64,000 bases of DNA, from positions 1-64,000 of IMG/VR virus record IMGVR_UViG_3300042350_003822; one strand, written 5' to 3'. The notes below the pieces were generated by a model. It had not been told where the DNA came from and did no database searches. It was given only the letters and a program-made list of their open reading frames with translations. Below are positions 9,525 to 19,012 of this stretch, piece after piece; position 1 is the first letter of the stretch, and every line of letters starts with the position of its first letter. Origin of the DNA: a virus. Made by a program: the position numbers and the translations under genes.

Positions 9525-10070
9525 TTAGCCCAATAGACCGGTATTACCACCATCCACATCGAACCAATCATATGCAAACGTGACCGAGAAAGTTTCTACT
9601 GCGTCTGTCGTATCCCAATCAAGATCGATGGTTGAGATTTCTGTTGGGAAAATGCCATTGAATCTGTATCTACGAAGCTGGTCGCCAGATTTACCAAACT
9701 GGGTAACAAGAGCTGTTGACTTGTAGTTAGCAGGGGATGAATCTGCATTCAGGTTAAGGTTGGTTTGTAGCGAGTTAATTTGGTTGTGCCACAATTCCAT
9801 GGTGTGACGAATTCTAAAGTCTTCGTCGTTCATGACTGTAACTGCCCATGTATCAAACGTGCGATCTCCGGCAATCTTAATCTTACGACCGAAATATGGA
9901 ATTTCGATTGCGTTGATTGTCGAGCTAGGAAGAGTGGTTGCACGAATCAAGAACGGTGCAATTGCATCCGATACATTGCTAACAGGGTTAGTGAGTTCGA
10001 CTTGGAACAGGGTGGGACGAGCCCCACCCAGCGCCAGACCTGCTCTCATCTCGTTGATATTAAAAGCCAT
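9525..10070 (-). CDS. gp19: Tail tube protein
   Basis: GGARPTLF.V, PYFGRKIKIAGDRTF..W..TV.NDEDF, FPT.IS.IDL.W. Confidence 0.96.
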   Translation of the reverse strand: MAFNINEMRAGLALGGARPTLFQVELTNPVSNVSDAIAPFLIRATTLPSSTINAIEIPYFGRKIKIAGDRTFDTWAVTVMNDEDFRIRHTMELWHNQINSLQTNLNLNADSSPANYKSTALVTQFGKSGDQLRRYRFNGIFPTEISTIDLDWDTTDAVETFSVTFAYDWFDVDGGNTGLLG

Positions 10071-10091
10071 TTATTGATCTCCTTGTATCTT

Positions 10092-10099
10092 TATTTATC
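10092..10099 (-). promoter_or_regulatory. Late promoter (GATAAATA) for gp19
   Basis: Box in the gp18-gp19 gap ahead of an AAGGAG RBS. Confidence 0.7.
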
Positions 10100-10101
10100 T
10101 C

Positions 10102-12207
10102 TTAGCCAACGATCTCGGAGAATTCAATACCACTTCTTACAGCAACAAAGTTTAGCTGGATGAAGTTGATCGAACGAGCTGGTTTGACATAAATGTCACC
10201 AACAAAGCGGTTGGAATCAATAACTTCTGCTGTATTGTTTGTTGCGTCGCAAACAACCTTGAAGTCTGTGATACCGCGGCGGCCTTGAACATCCCGTAGG
10301 AATGGCTCTACAAGATTACGGAACTGAGTGCGTGTGAATTCGTCATTGAATTCGAACATCAGTGACTTAGCAGCACGAGCAATCGACTTTTCAAGAACGA
10401 TGAAGAGACGACGAACATTGATGCGATCGAATGCTGATGGCTTAGCAAGTAGCGTCTTATCACCAAACAGAATCGTACCTTCACCAGGCGAAGAGATTAC
10501 AGGATTGATGCCGTTCTTGTAAAGAAGATCTCTTTCGGCCTTTGCAGGGTTGAAAGCTAGCTTGATTGAGTTACGGATTTGACCGCGGCTTGTGCCTGCT
10601 GGCGAATACCATGGATCACGTGAGTTGTCTGTAACAACACAGAGACCTGCAATATCACCGTTCAGTGGAACGTAGCGGTTAACATCGTTGTACTTGTCAT
10701 ACATGTACTTATAGCCCGAATCCATCACCGCAAACGATGAAGAGCGAACTGAGTTACGGAAGTCGACAATGTTCTGAGCCGCTGCAGTTGTCTGGTTAAC
10801 AACGTCTGCTCTCTGAGGTGATACGAACACAACACAGTCCTTACGAACTTCAGCAATATTGTCGATCAGATAGTTAGCTTGCTGCTCTCCGTTTGTACCA
10901 CCATCACGTGAGGATCCTGTCAGAAGTAGGGAAATGTCTACTTCTTCTGCCGAAGCAAACAGGTCGTATGCACGAGCTGTATCAGCAAATGGAATAGTCG
11001 ATTCATCGTTATCAACACCACCAGCGAATGAAAGCGTTAATGGCTTTGTGTTTGTCGATGAAGTCAAAGACGCCGCATTTGCTGAAGCAGCGTTTGTACG
11101 ATCCGATGCCCACCAAACATATTGTGACTGCTCATTAAGAACGTTCTTGTAGTAGTTTGTGGAACCATCAGAATTCTTAGCGTCTGTAGCACGTGACATT
11201 CCCTTGTAAACTTCAAGTACGGAACCAGGTGCGCCTGTGAATTCACCATCCTCATCTACAACGACAACATGAAGTTCATCACGTGCTGATGTATTACCAG
11301 TGGCTGTTTGGGACTGGAACGTTGATGTGCCCGGAGCCTGATCAACTTGGTTGAAATATTCCCAGTAGCGCGCAACAGTGTTTGAGCTAATGTTTGTCGA
11401 TAGCTTAAGAGGATCTGCAAGCGACAGTGTAATGTCACATGTGCCTTCAACCGCGGCGCTAGCTGCGTTCGCAGTTGTAATCGCTGTAATCTTTAGCGAC
11501 TGCTTGCCAATCGATGTGTTACCGACTTCAATGAAGTCACCAACCGTGAACAGAGCTGAAACAGATGTAGCAAATGTCTGTGCCTGTGTGTTTGTAACAC
11601 CAACAGCGTTCGTGTTAGCTATGCGAAGTCTCGCCGTGTTGGATGATACGTTTATAGTCAGAAGCGAGTTTTGAAACTGGGTGTTACCGTCGCCAACTGT
11701 GTTTGACTGAAGGTCGATTGTATTGGTGTAGGCATTCGCTGAGTCGCAAACAGAAATCTTAAGCGAGTTGCCTAGAGCTCCTGGACACTTTGCAATGTAC
11801 TCGAGGTCGCCGTTGAATGCAGCTTTCGAATCATAGTCGTCTCGGTTTTTAACAGTATTGGTAGCACTAGCAGTAGCACCCGCTCCTGTGTTTGCAATAG
11901 CCGCAAACACAGTAGATGTGTTTGCAGCGCGCGAAACATAAAGAGCATTTGAGTAGCCAAGGAAGCTAGCTGCTGTGAAGAATGTTTCTGGGTTAACAGA
12001 GCTTGGCTTACCAAACTTTCTTACCAGATCGTTTTCTGAAGTTACGAGTGTACGAACACCAACTGGACCCCAGCGGAATACACCAGCAATAGCGCCTACA
12101 GTGGTGGATGTTGGTGGAACAACCGTTGTAAGATCAATTTCTGAAATATTAATGCCTGGGCTTACTTGGTATCCGCCACCGCCTGAACCAAAATTTTGTA
12201 CCGCCAT
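10102..12207 (-). CDS. gp18: Contractile tail sheath protein
   Basis: SPGI...EIDLT, F.WGP, YDKYND..RYVPLNGDIAG, SAFDRINVRRLF, FEFND.FTR, KPARSINFI.LNFVA. Confidence 0.98.
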   Translation of the reverse strand: MAVQNFGSGGGGYQVSPGINISEIDLTTVVPPTSTTVGAIAGVFRWGPVGVRTLVTSENDLVRKFGKPSSVNPETFFTAASFLGYSNALYVSRAANTSTVFAAIANTGAGATASATNTVKNRDDYDSKAAFNGDLEYIAKCPGALGNSLKISVCDSANAYTNTIDLQSNTVGDGNTQFQNSLLTINVSSNTARLRIANTNAVGVTNTQAQTFATSVSALFTVGDFIEVGNTSIGKQSLKITAITTANAASAAVEGTCDITLSLADPLKLSTNISSNTVARYWEYFNQVDQAPGTSTFQSQTATGNTSARDELHVVVVDEDGEFTGAPGSVLEVYKGMSRATDAKNSDGSTNYYKNVLNEQSQYVWWASDRTNAASANAASLTSSTNTKPLTLSFAGGVDNDESTIPFADTARAYDLFASAEEVDISLLLTGSSRDGGTNGEQQANYLIDNIAEVRKDCVVFVSPQRADVVNQTTAAAQNIVDFRNSVRSSSFAVMDSGYKYMYDKYNDVNRYVPLNGDIAGLCVVTDNSRDPWYSPAGTSRGQIRNSIKLAFNPAKAERDLLYKNGINPVISSPGEGTILFGDKTLLAKPSAFDRINVRRLFIVLEKSIARAAKSLMFEFNDEFTRTQFRNLVEPFLRDVQGRRGITDFKVVCDATNNTAEVIDSNRFVGDIYVKPARSINFIQLNFVAVRSGIEFSEIVG

Positions 12208-12249
12208 GTTAATCTCCCTTAAGAGGCTTTATAGTTTAATTAGCTATCA

Positions 12250-12257
12250 TATTTATA
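12250..12257 (-). promoter_or_regulatory. Late promoter TATAAATA for gp18
   Basis: Exact consensus in the gp17-gp18 gap. Confidence 0.82.
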
Positions 12258-12267
12258 ATTTAGTAGA

Positions 12268-13920
12268 CTACAGTGTCATGAGTTGCTCAAACGAGGCTGT
12301 CTCCGGAGAGACCTCTAGCACCTGTGTAAAATCATTATCATGGCCTGTATCGAGAAACCCGAAAGGTGTCAATTCATTTTCCATATCTTGCTCAGATTTC
12401 TCTCTCAGCTTGAGTAGTGTATTAATGTCAGTCAAATCTTTGAAGTACTGCTGATCCGACATCCATGCGAACAACACGAGACCCATTACAAGGTCATCAT
12501 TGCATCCTGGCTCGGCTTCGTATGAGTAGCCCTTCTTTGAAAACCTTGACAATTCGTAAATAGTATTGTGATCGTTAATAATTAACTGGTGTTGTTCAAC
12601 AAGCAACTTCAACATTGAGCAGCCAATTGCCTTGACTGTCTTTGTTGTTCTTACACCTCGCTCAGAGTTCTTGAACCCACTAGAGATTCTCTTTCCTCTT
12701 GCACCAGCATTCTCTGTGTATACTAGCAACTCACTTTCATAGTCGTAATGAAGAGAATCTACTACTTGAGCTCCCACATCGTTCGTTTCGACTAGAATAA
12801 CTGCGTCGTTGTACATCTTAGATATATTATGTATAGTCCCCGCATAATCGAGAGGAGTAATCATGTTGTTTCTAAAGACACACGATTGTTGATATGGCAT
12901 TATAGTAGTATCGATAACCGAAAAGGCTGAATAGTCGAGACCCTTTCCCCTCGATACGTCAGCTATTATGACGTATTTATGATCCTTTTCAGGTCTGTAA
13001 TATTGAGTCAGTCCACCCTGATCCGCAATGGGGACTCTAGCAACAAGAGTCTTCAAGCAAGCACCAGAGATCAGCGTGCCAGATGAACCTTGGAACGCAC
13101 ATTCGAATTCCTGAGCGAACTTCTCGTAGTCAAAGTCCATCGCTCCAAGAGTTTCTTTGTACCAGGCCTCACCGCGCCCTGGAACCTCTTGCCAAGGCAC
13201 CTCAACATATTGATAGCCGTTGGTTCCTTGCTTGGCACCTTCACACGTCTTATAGAAGTGATTTAATCCATTAGGTGTTGATGTGAATAGAATCTTTGTC
13301 GTTTCACCAGATGAAATTGTAGGGAAAACCGAAGCGAAGAATTCGTCCCAGTTCTCAACGAACGCAGCTTCATCGATGTACAGTAAGGAGATAGACTTAC
13401 CACGAATAGCAGATGAGCTAGTCGCAGCAGCAATAACCTTACAACCGTTCTCGAGAGTGATCGAACCCTTGTTCCACTCATCAACACCTTGTTGTAGCCA
13501 ATCTGGCAGAGCTTCATAAGCCAGCTTAATACGATCGAGGATTTCCCGAGCAGCGTCGCCCTTGTTGGCAAGTAGCGCTACGGTCTTGTGGTCATTAAAG
13601 AGAATATAGTGTAATATAATCGCAGCCGCTGTAGTAGTCTTACCAGCCTGGCGACTGGTGACCACTGTAACCCGGCGGTTGTTAGAGAGCTTAACAATGA
13701 TTTCTTTTTGGTAGTCATACAATTTTATTGGAATGAATCCGTGATCAACATGAACAATTCTGATGTATTTCTCTGCGAAGTATATAGGATCCTGAGCGCA
13801 CTTAAGCCACTCCTGAAGCATCTCCTGCGTCCAGCTGATCTTCTTTCTTGACTTCTTCAGCAGGGGGTTGCCTAAATATCCGCCATCTGATCCTTTACCC
13901 ATCGATGCGGTTCCAGTCAT
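12268..13920 (-). CDS. gp17: Terminase large subunit
   Basis: YLGNP.LK, SRQAGKTT, YIDEAAF, STPNGLNHFY, F.QEFEC.F.GS, DVSRG.G.DYS, DDLVM. True start may be 13902. Confidence 0.97.
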   Translation of the reverse strand: MTGTASMGKGSDGGYLGNPLLKKSRKKISWTQEMLQEWLKCAQDPIYFAEKYIRIVHVDHGFIPIKLYDYQKEIIVKLSNNRRVTVVTSRQAGKTTTAAAIILHYILFNDHKTVALLANKGDAAREILDRIKLAYEALPDWLQQGVDEWNKGSITLENGCKVIAAATSSSAIRGKSISLLYIDEAAFVENWDEFFASVFPTISSGETTKILFTSTPNGLNHFYKTCEGAKQGTNGYQYVEVPWQEVPGRGEAWYKETLGAMDFDYEKFAQEFECAFQGSSGTLISGACLKTLVARVPIADQGGLTQYYRPEKDHKYVIIADVSRGKGLDYSAFSVIDTTIMPYQQSCVFRNNMITPLDYAGTIHNISKMYNDAVILVETNDVGAQVVDSLHYDYESELLVYTENAGARGKRISSGFKNSERGVRTTKTVKAIGCSMLKLLVEQHQLIINDHNTIYELSRFSKKGYSYEAEPGCNDDLVMGLVLFAWMSDQQYFKDLTDINTLLKLREKSEQDMENELTPFGFLDTGHDNDFTQVLEVSPETASFEQLMTL

Positions 13921-14530
13921 ATTTGGGGTTCTTAACCCTGTTGTATATTGTAGGCTCGGAGATGTTGAAAGTTTCCATTATAGCCTTATTACCAACGTAA
14001 ACTTCGCCGTCTATCAAATATCTACACCACGGCGATCTTTGCGCACTGATCTTGTTTTTTTCAATGTTTGTTCTATAGGTATCACGTTTCTTTTGTTGTG
14101 TGGCTTCGGATTGCCTTTTTCCTGTATTAACTGCGCATGCCTTCTGTAACGCTTTCAATGCAATTTCACGCTGTTTAGGATGATGCTTTTTATTCGAAGT
14201 TCTCTTGTAGATATGTTCTGAAGATTGCTGCTGGATAGCTGTTACACCACCTACTGATTGATTTAACCACTTTATCTCAGTAAGTATATTTAAACGTGTT
14301 AGTACTTTGTGCTCCCACAATATAGCCTGACCAGCTGTTTCGAACGTCTTGCGTACTTGAACAACATCGGGCTCGCCGTGTAACTCGCGCATATCCCTTA
14401 CTAACTTTGACGAGGTAAAGTACTTTACCCACAAATCAGAGGGATCACAATTCTTTGCGTAGCGAACCCCATAGTAGTATTTGCTATGAATAGACCAGCC
14501 AATCAGATAGGTATATGGTGTTGTTTTCAT
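13895..14530 (-). mobile_element. Free-standing GIY-YIG-type (Seg-like) homing endonuclease gene
   Basis: N-terminal YTY-x10-YYG variant of GIY-YIG, YFTSS, E...L, WLN; basic linker and C-terminal HTH-like segment; inserted between gp16 and gp17. Confidence 0.75.
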
Positions 14531-14535
14531 ACAAT

Positions 14536-14543
14536 TATTTATA
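14536..14543 (-). promoter_or_regulatory. Late promoter TATAAATA, 5 nt upstream of the endonuclease ATG
   Basis: Minus strand TATAAATA-ATTGT-ATG. Confidence 0.75.
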
Positions 14544-14575
14544 ACAACTCGTGTTTCGGTAATCCTCTACTCAAA

Positions 14576-14980
14576 TCAATCTTTGTTCTTCAGATCCTGT
14601 AGCATCTTCTGTAGATCAGCTGTCGATCCTACAAATAGGTTATTGTTCACTATCTTGTCTTGATCATCCTGAACTTTACCCTGGAGCCTCTGCTTCTTAA
14701 TTTGCAGATCAGCAATACCCGAACTCACATCAGCAAACGTTTTGATAAGAGAGTTAAGAACTTCATACGCTTTGGGATGCTGAGACTGCTGAGCAATCAG
14801 AATCATATCTTCGACTGCTGCTTGGCTCTTTACGACCGCATCATAAAGATTCTCTCTCGCGAAATCAAGGTCATTTTCCTGTTGACTATCATTGCGTTTC
14901 GCGGGATACTGATTTATATCCCTATAAGGAGTAACGTTACTTATGGGATTCAAGCCGAGAGCATCATCTATTTCGGACAT
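14576..14980 (-). CDS. gp16: Terminase small subunit
   Basis: D.DFARENL, HPKAYEV, NNNLFVGST.DLQKML. Confidence 0.92.
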   Translation of the reverse strand: MSEIDDALGLNPISNVTPYRDINQYPAKRNDSQQENDLDFARENLYDAVVKSQAAVEDMILIAQQSQHPKAYEVLNSLIKTFADVSSGIADLQIKKQRLQGKVQDDQDKIVNNNLFVGSTADLQKMLQDLKNKD

Positions 14981-15825
14981 CACATGTTCTCCGTAAAGTC
15001 AATCAGGAATCCATAGTTATCATCTTTATCGATGTCACTAAAGGGAACTGAAAGAGCGGCATTAGATGTCGGTGATCCATTAGCCTGCAATCCTGGCTGA
15101 ATATTGATTGTTACAGCTGGAGTAACTAAAGTATTAGCGACCATTGGGGTTGCATCAGAAGCAGGAATACGAATATTAACGTCTATATCCTTAATGATCT
15201 CTGCTCGACGAGTTGGGCCAAACAAGAAGCCTTTCACCGTAAATGTCAAAGTATGAATCAGAGCTCTGCGCTGAGTGAACTCTCCTTCATATGTATCTTC
15301 TGTTGAAATGTCGTTGAAGATGATGGGAATATCGTACGTGCCATTGATGTCTTCCATCAGGTTAACAGTGGCGGTCCATTCGGGAGTAAAGTATGGAAGA
15401 ATCTGTTCAATGATTTTCGTACCATCTTCAGCATTCTTCACCATCACATACAACTGAAAGGTGAAGTCATATGGAACAGGAGCATACTGGTATTGTAATT
15501 GGTTGTTGTCGGTGCTCGACTTCTTATGAATCTTATTGATGGTATTCAGCTTACGGTCTGGAGCATATGCCATTGTGGTAAGTTCGAACGCCATCCTTGG
15601 CAATACAGTTGCAATAGGCTGATTAAGAGCAGTGCTGTTGCTACCGACATCCATATTGACACGAGCAAGATACTTGTCCTTTGGCCCGTATGAGAGAGGA
15701 ATTCTTAGAGTCTGTACAACAGCTCCCGTCGAGTTCTCTCTGTTGATAAACACGTTATCAAACAATGTACCAAATAGAATGATGTATTTGCGAATTGTGT
15801 TATGTGACCATGTCTGACCGAACAT
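14980..15825 (-). CDS. gp15: Tail sheath stabiliser / tail terminator
   Basis: IRKYIILFGTLF, IPLSYGPK.K, LPRMAFE, IIEQILPYF.P, YEG.F..RR. Confidence 0.94.
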   Translation of the reverse strand: MFGQTWSHNTIRKYIILFGTLFDNVFINRENSTGAVVQTLRIPLSYGPKDKYLARVNMDVGSNSTALNQPIATVLPRMAFELTTMAYAPDRKLNTINKIHKKSSTDNNQLQYQYAPVPYDFTFQLYVMVKNAEDGTKIIEQILPYFTPEWTATVNLMEDINGTYDIPIIFNDISTEDTYEGEFTQRRALIHTLTFTVKGFLFGPTRRAEIIKDIDVNIRIPASDATPMVANTLVTPAVTINIQPGLQANGSPTSNAALSVPFSDIDKDDNYGFLIDFTENM

Positions 15826-16562
15826 TATGCTGTTCCTTCACTGAATGGATCAACTTCAGACCAATCAAAGATGTCATTAGCCTCGGCTTGAATTTCTAGG
15901 TTGTCGGAGTTGTAGTCGTGTGTTTGTGAGTCAAGATTATACGCGCCCTCGACAATATGGTATCCTTCTTGATCAGTAATAGCATAACCATCTTGAGTAA
16001 GGATGCTGAATGCAGACATGTTGGTTGTGTATTCGCGCTCGATTGAATCTATCTCGGTAATACCTGTTGAAAGTCTTTCGCCCGAATACTCATACACTTC
16101 ACATACCATATCATAAACTTGAAGTCCACCAAGCTGGAAGAATATAGCTCTGTCGCTCACATACTTAACTTGATATAGTTGAGGTCTACCAGGATTCAAT
16201 GTGAAGTAGATTAGATCCCCTTCGTTGGGAACTTCTTTACCAATATAGCTACCAATCTCATCACTAAAAGTTCTCTTTGCAATAGAGAACGTTACTTGAT
16301 CGCGGATCTGCAAACCAAATTTGGACAGGAAGATACCGTCCCCCTCATACCCATCAACAGACTTTATGTATACATCAACAAGATACGCAGAGTTATAGAT
16401 CGACAGGGAATCCTCACCGTAGATCTCATCTAGATCTTCGATCTGTCTCGGGCAATAGTAGACATCGTTGCCGTACATTCTAACAGATTCAACAACTAGA
16501 TCCTGGATCAGCTGCTGTTCGTTAGATGCGCCAAAGTTGTTGAAGTATACCGAAGCTACCAT
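15825..16562 (-). CDS. gp14: Neck protein gp14
   Basis: EQ.LI.DLV.ES...YG.DVYY.PR, SKFGL.IRD, P.EGDLIYF, DPFSE. Confidence 0.93.
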   Translation of the reverse strand: MVASVYFNNFGASNEQQLIQDLVVESVRMYGNDVYYCPRQIEDLDEIYGEDSLSIYNSAYLVDVYIKSVDGYEGDGIFLSKFGLQIRDQVTFSIAKRTFSDEIGSYIGKEVPNEGDLIYFTLNPGRPQLYQVKYVSDRAIFFQLGGLQVYDMVCEVYEYSGERLSTGITEIDSIEREYTTNMSAFSILTQDGYAITDQEGYHIVEGAYNLDSQTHDYNSDNLEIQAEANDIFDWSEVDPFSEGTA

Positions 16563-16574
16563 AAAGTGGGACCT

Positions 16575-17318
16575 TTAGCCGATCATGTCAGTGACAGGAA
16601 GACTGAAGGAAGAGATCATTTCATCTTCCATCTTCTGAAGCTCAACAGTTGCATCGTCGTAAATCTTCTCGCCATTGAACTGGACGCCGCCTGGAAGTTG
16701 CATACCAGTGAACTTTGTTAGGTTAGAACCCCACTGTCTCTTAATCAGAGTAGTGGTGTAGTTCTGAAGCCATCTATCGCCCCATGCATCTGTATACGTA
16801 TTAGGATCTACAACTTCATACGCTTCGATCAACAGAAAGACTCCAATGTCCAGTGAGCCCCAATCCATGTCAATATACAATTTGTTTGTGTGACGGTTGA
16901 ACCGTAGAGGCTGCTTACCAACAAGAAGCTCGGTGATAAGACCGAGATGTTCCATTACCATATAGTATGGAACCATGGAAACAGATGTCAGTGTATAGAG
17001 ATCGTTCAATGCAATCTGATAACGGATATTGAACATATCATCAGACGTCATTGATGGATCGCCAATAGAAAACACGTTTACCGCCCCCAGAACGTTCTCT
17101 GGCAGCGTAATGTACTTGTTGTTCATGTCTTGCTGAGTGACCTGATGCTTGTAGTAGATCTTCTCGGTGCCATCAAAGTGGTAGTCCCAGTAGTACTTCA
17201 AAGCCTCGTCGATGCGATCTTCGACTTGATCGTCGTCGACGTTGATTTCGATTACGGGTTTACCTAGCTTACGAAGGCAATATTCTTTGAAAGCAGCTCT
17301 TGTTGTAGGTACAGCCAT
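16575..17318 (-). CDS. gp13: Neck protein gp13
   Basis: YCLRKLG.PVIEINVDDDQ.EDRIDEAL, KRQWG.NL.KF.G.QLPGGV..NG. Confidence 0.95.
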   Translation of the reverse strand: MAVPTTRAAFKEYCLRKLGKPVIEINVDDDQVEDRIDEALKYYWDYHFDGTEKIYYKHQVTQQDMNNKYITLPENVLGAVNVFSIGDPSMTSDDMFNIRYQIALNDLYTLTSVSMVPYYMVMEHLGLITELLVGKQPLRFNRHTNKLYIDMDWGSLDIGVFLLIEAYEVVDPNTYTDAWGDRWLQNYTTTLIKRQWGSNLTKFTGMQLPGGVQFNGEKIYDDATVELQKMEDEMISSFSLPVTDMIG

Positions 17319-17349
17319 TTTGATACATTCCTAGATTCGTTTCGTCTAT

Positions 17350-17919
17350 TTATCGAAACTTAGGACCTTGAATCCACGATACCAGTGACCTACGCACGCC
17401 TTTAGTTACAGGAGTCACTCTATGAGTAAGAAACGAAGGGAAGACAACCACGGAGCCTTTTGCTCTAATCTGATCTACAGGAAGCTGAGGGTGTTGAGGA
17501 TCGAATTCGAAATTACCTCCCTCATAGTCGGAAGGATCAGACAGCTGAATCACAATTGAAAGTTTACGATCAAACGCTGTTGGGTTCGCCCAGAACGTAT
17601 CGTGGTGCCAATCGTATTTGCCATTCTGCTCTGCAGTATACTTTGTGTACTGAATGTCTGGTAGATATGTGATGTCAAATCCAAAAGCATTCCTATTGGC
17701 TTCGTTTGCATAATACCACAACACATCTGTGACAAACTTGCTCGGTCCATCATTGGGATTGATCCACCTGATCTCACTGGATCTGGCTCCCTCATTGTGT
17801 GTGGATCCATCAAACCCGAGGCCTGCATTGGCTGTAGGATATTGATCTCCAATATCTATAATGCTTTTTATTTGATCATCTCTTAAAGATGCGTGCCAAA
17901 ATTGCCATAACTGATTCAT
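17350..17919 (-). CDS. 2OG-Fe(II) dioxygenase, prolyl-4-hydroxylase-like (PKHD type)
   Basis: HxD (WHHD), RKLS, YEGG.F, distal His in FPSFLTHRVTPVTKGVRRSLVSW (H...RxS). Confidence 0.88.
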   Translation of the reverse strand: MNQLWQFWHASLRDDQIKSIIDIGDQYPTANAGLGFDGSTHNEGARSSEIRWINPNDGPSKFVTDVLWYYANEANRNAFGFDITYLPDIQYTKYTAEQNGKYDWHHDTFWANPTAFDRKLSIVIQLSDPSDYEGGNFEFDPQHPQLPVDQIRAKGSVVVFPSFLTHRVTPVTKGVRRSLVSWIQGPKFR

Positions 17920-17937
17920 AATATACTTTCTTTATGA

Positions 17938-18399
17938 TTAGATATCAATCGACTCGAAGTCTACTTGTATATCTGCGGATGCCGTAACACCACCACTTGT
18001 TACGGTACAACGATAGATGCCGCTCTTCAATTGGCCGTTAGCAAGCGTGGTAGTGAAAGTAGTGGAGGCAGATGTTGAACTATTAATTGTATAACTATCG
18101 CCCGAGACAAGTGTCCAAGCGTAAGTATATCCCCCAGCACCTCCGGAGGCAGTCGCGGTTGCTGTCTCACTAGTAGCGCTACCGGCACCTGATCTAAGTG
18201 TATACAAGCTCCCCGGGCTAATAGATATAGTCGGGGCATTAGATTTACCGCGCAGATCAGATAATGAAATAGTACCGGACGCTATACCAGCCAGCGTACG
18301 TACATTTGCTTGATTCAAGGATATAGTCGCAGTTGACGATAATCCAAGCTCAACGTTGACGTTAGCTAGTGATATAGGTCCGGTAGTGGGTAATGTCAT
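17938..18399 (-). CDS. Small Ser/Thr/Gly-rich virion protein with Ig-like C-domain; candidate fibre-tip adhesin
   Basis: MTLPTTGPISL..VN.ELG...GTISLSDLRGKS N-terminus; YTYAW...YRCTVT beta-sandwich; downstream of S74 fibre. Confidence 0.55.
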   Translation of the reverse strand: MTLPTTGPISLANVNVELGLSSTATISLNQANVRTLAGIASGTISLSDLRGKSNAPTISISPGSLYTLRSGAGSATSETATATASGGAGGYTYAWTLVSGDSYTINSSTSASTTFTTTLANGQLKSGIYRCTVTSGGVTASADIQVDFESIDI

Positions 18400-18402
18400 C
18401 TA

Positions 18403-18606
18403 TTAACCTTGTGGTTGTCCTAGCTGTGCTTGTGCCTGCTGGAACAACTTCTTAAGCATTGGATCCACCACACGGTGCGGAAGTTCTTGTAGTGCACCCA
18501 TGATGATGTTCAATTCATTGACCTCTACAGTAAGATTTACAGTAGGAGCCTGAGGAGCCTGCTGGTTTTCAACAAGCTTCGGGTCGAGTTCTGGATTAGT
18601 AGCCAT
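18403..18606 (-). CDS. Hypothetical protein (67 aa), fibre-associated
   Basis: AAGGAG RBS; in operon with fibre genes. Confidence 0.6.
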   Translation of the reverse strand: MATNPELDPKLVENQQAPQAPTVNLTVEVNELNIIMGALQELPHRVVDPMLKKLFQQAQAQLGQPQG

Positions 18607-18623
18607 AATATATTCTCCTTAAA

Positions 18624-19010
18624 TTATGTATTGGCGGTTGTTGTTGAATTAGCATTTGGTTCGGCCCATGGTAGGGCACCGGCATTGACTTCAATCATTG
18701 GTTTGACGATTGCATCAATTTGTTTCTGAATCTGCTCATCAATGTGAGCCTTATAGCCAGGATTGCCGTTGACAACAGCTTGGATCCAGCTGAGAACTTG
18801 AACTTCGGTCAGATCTTCGTATGATGTAAAGTTATCAGCATCGACCTGATCTGGTTCAAAAGGTGTTGCCCCGTTAAATGTTCCGCTATTATTAGCTGTG
18901 TCTGTTCCTGTGCATTCCCAATATGTTTGGACGATGATGTCGTTGAGTTCTGCAGAAGGATCATCCTGCTTCTTTAGACTCTTAATCTTCCAAGTATATG
19001 TAAGTGTCAT
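18624..19010 (-). CDS. Small acidic fibre-associated protein (paralogue family copy 1)
   Basis: TW.I...W...GTD...G...FT.Y.DLTE.QV..W...LPW, shared with 25576-25899 and 25902-26234. Confidence 0.7.
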   Translation of the reverse strand: MTLTYTWKIKSLKKQDDPSAELNDIIVQTYWECTGTDTANNSGTFNGATPFEPDQVDADNFTSYEDLTEVQVLSWIQAVVNGNPGYKAHIDEQIQKQIDAIVKPMIEVNAGALPWAEPNANSTTTANT

Positions 19011-19012
19011 AA

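Noticed and set aside
13895-14575. Group I intron or intein in the terminase
   Set aside because: gp16 and gp17 are each intact; the gap is only about 45 nt with no room for intron core structure; the endonuclease is free-standing
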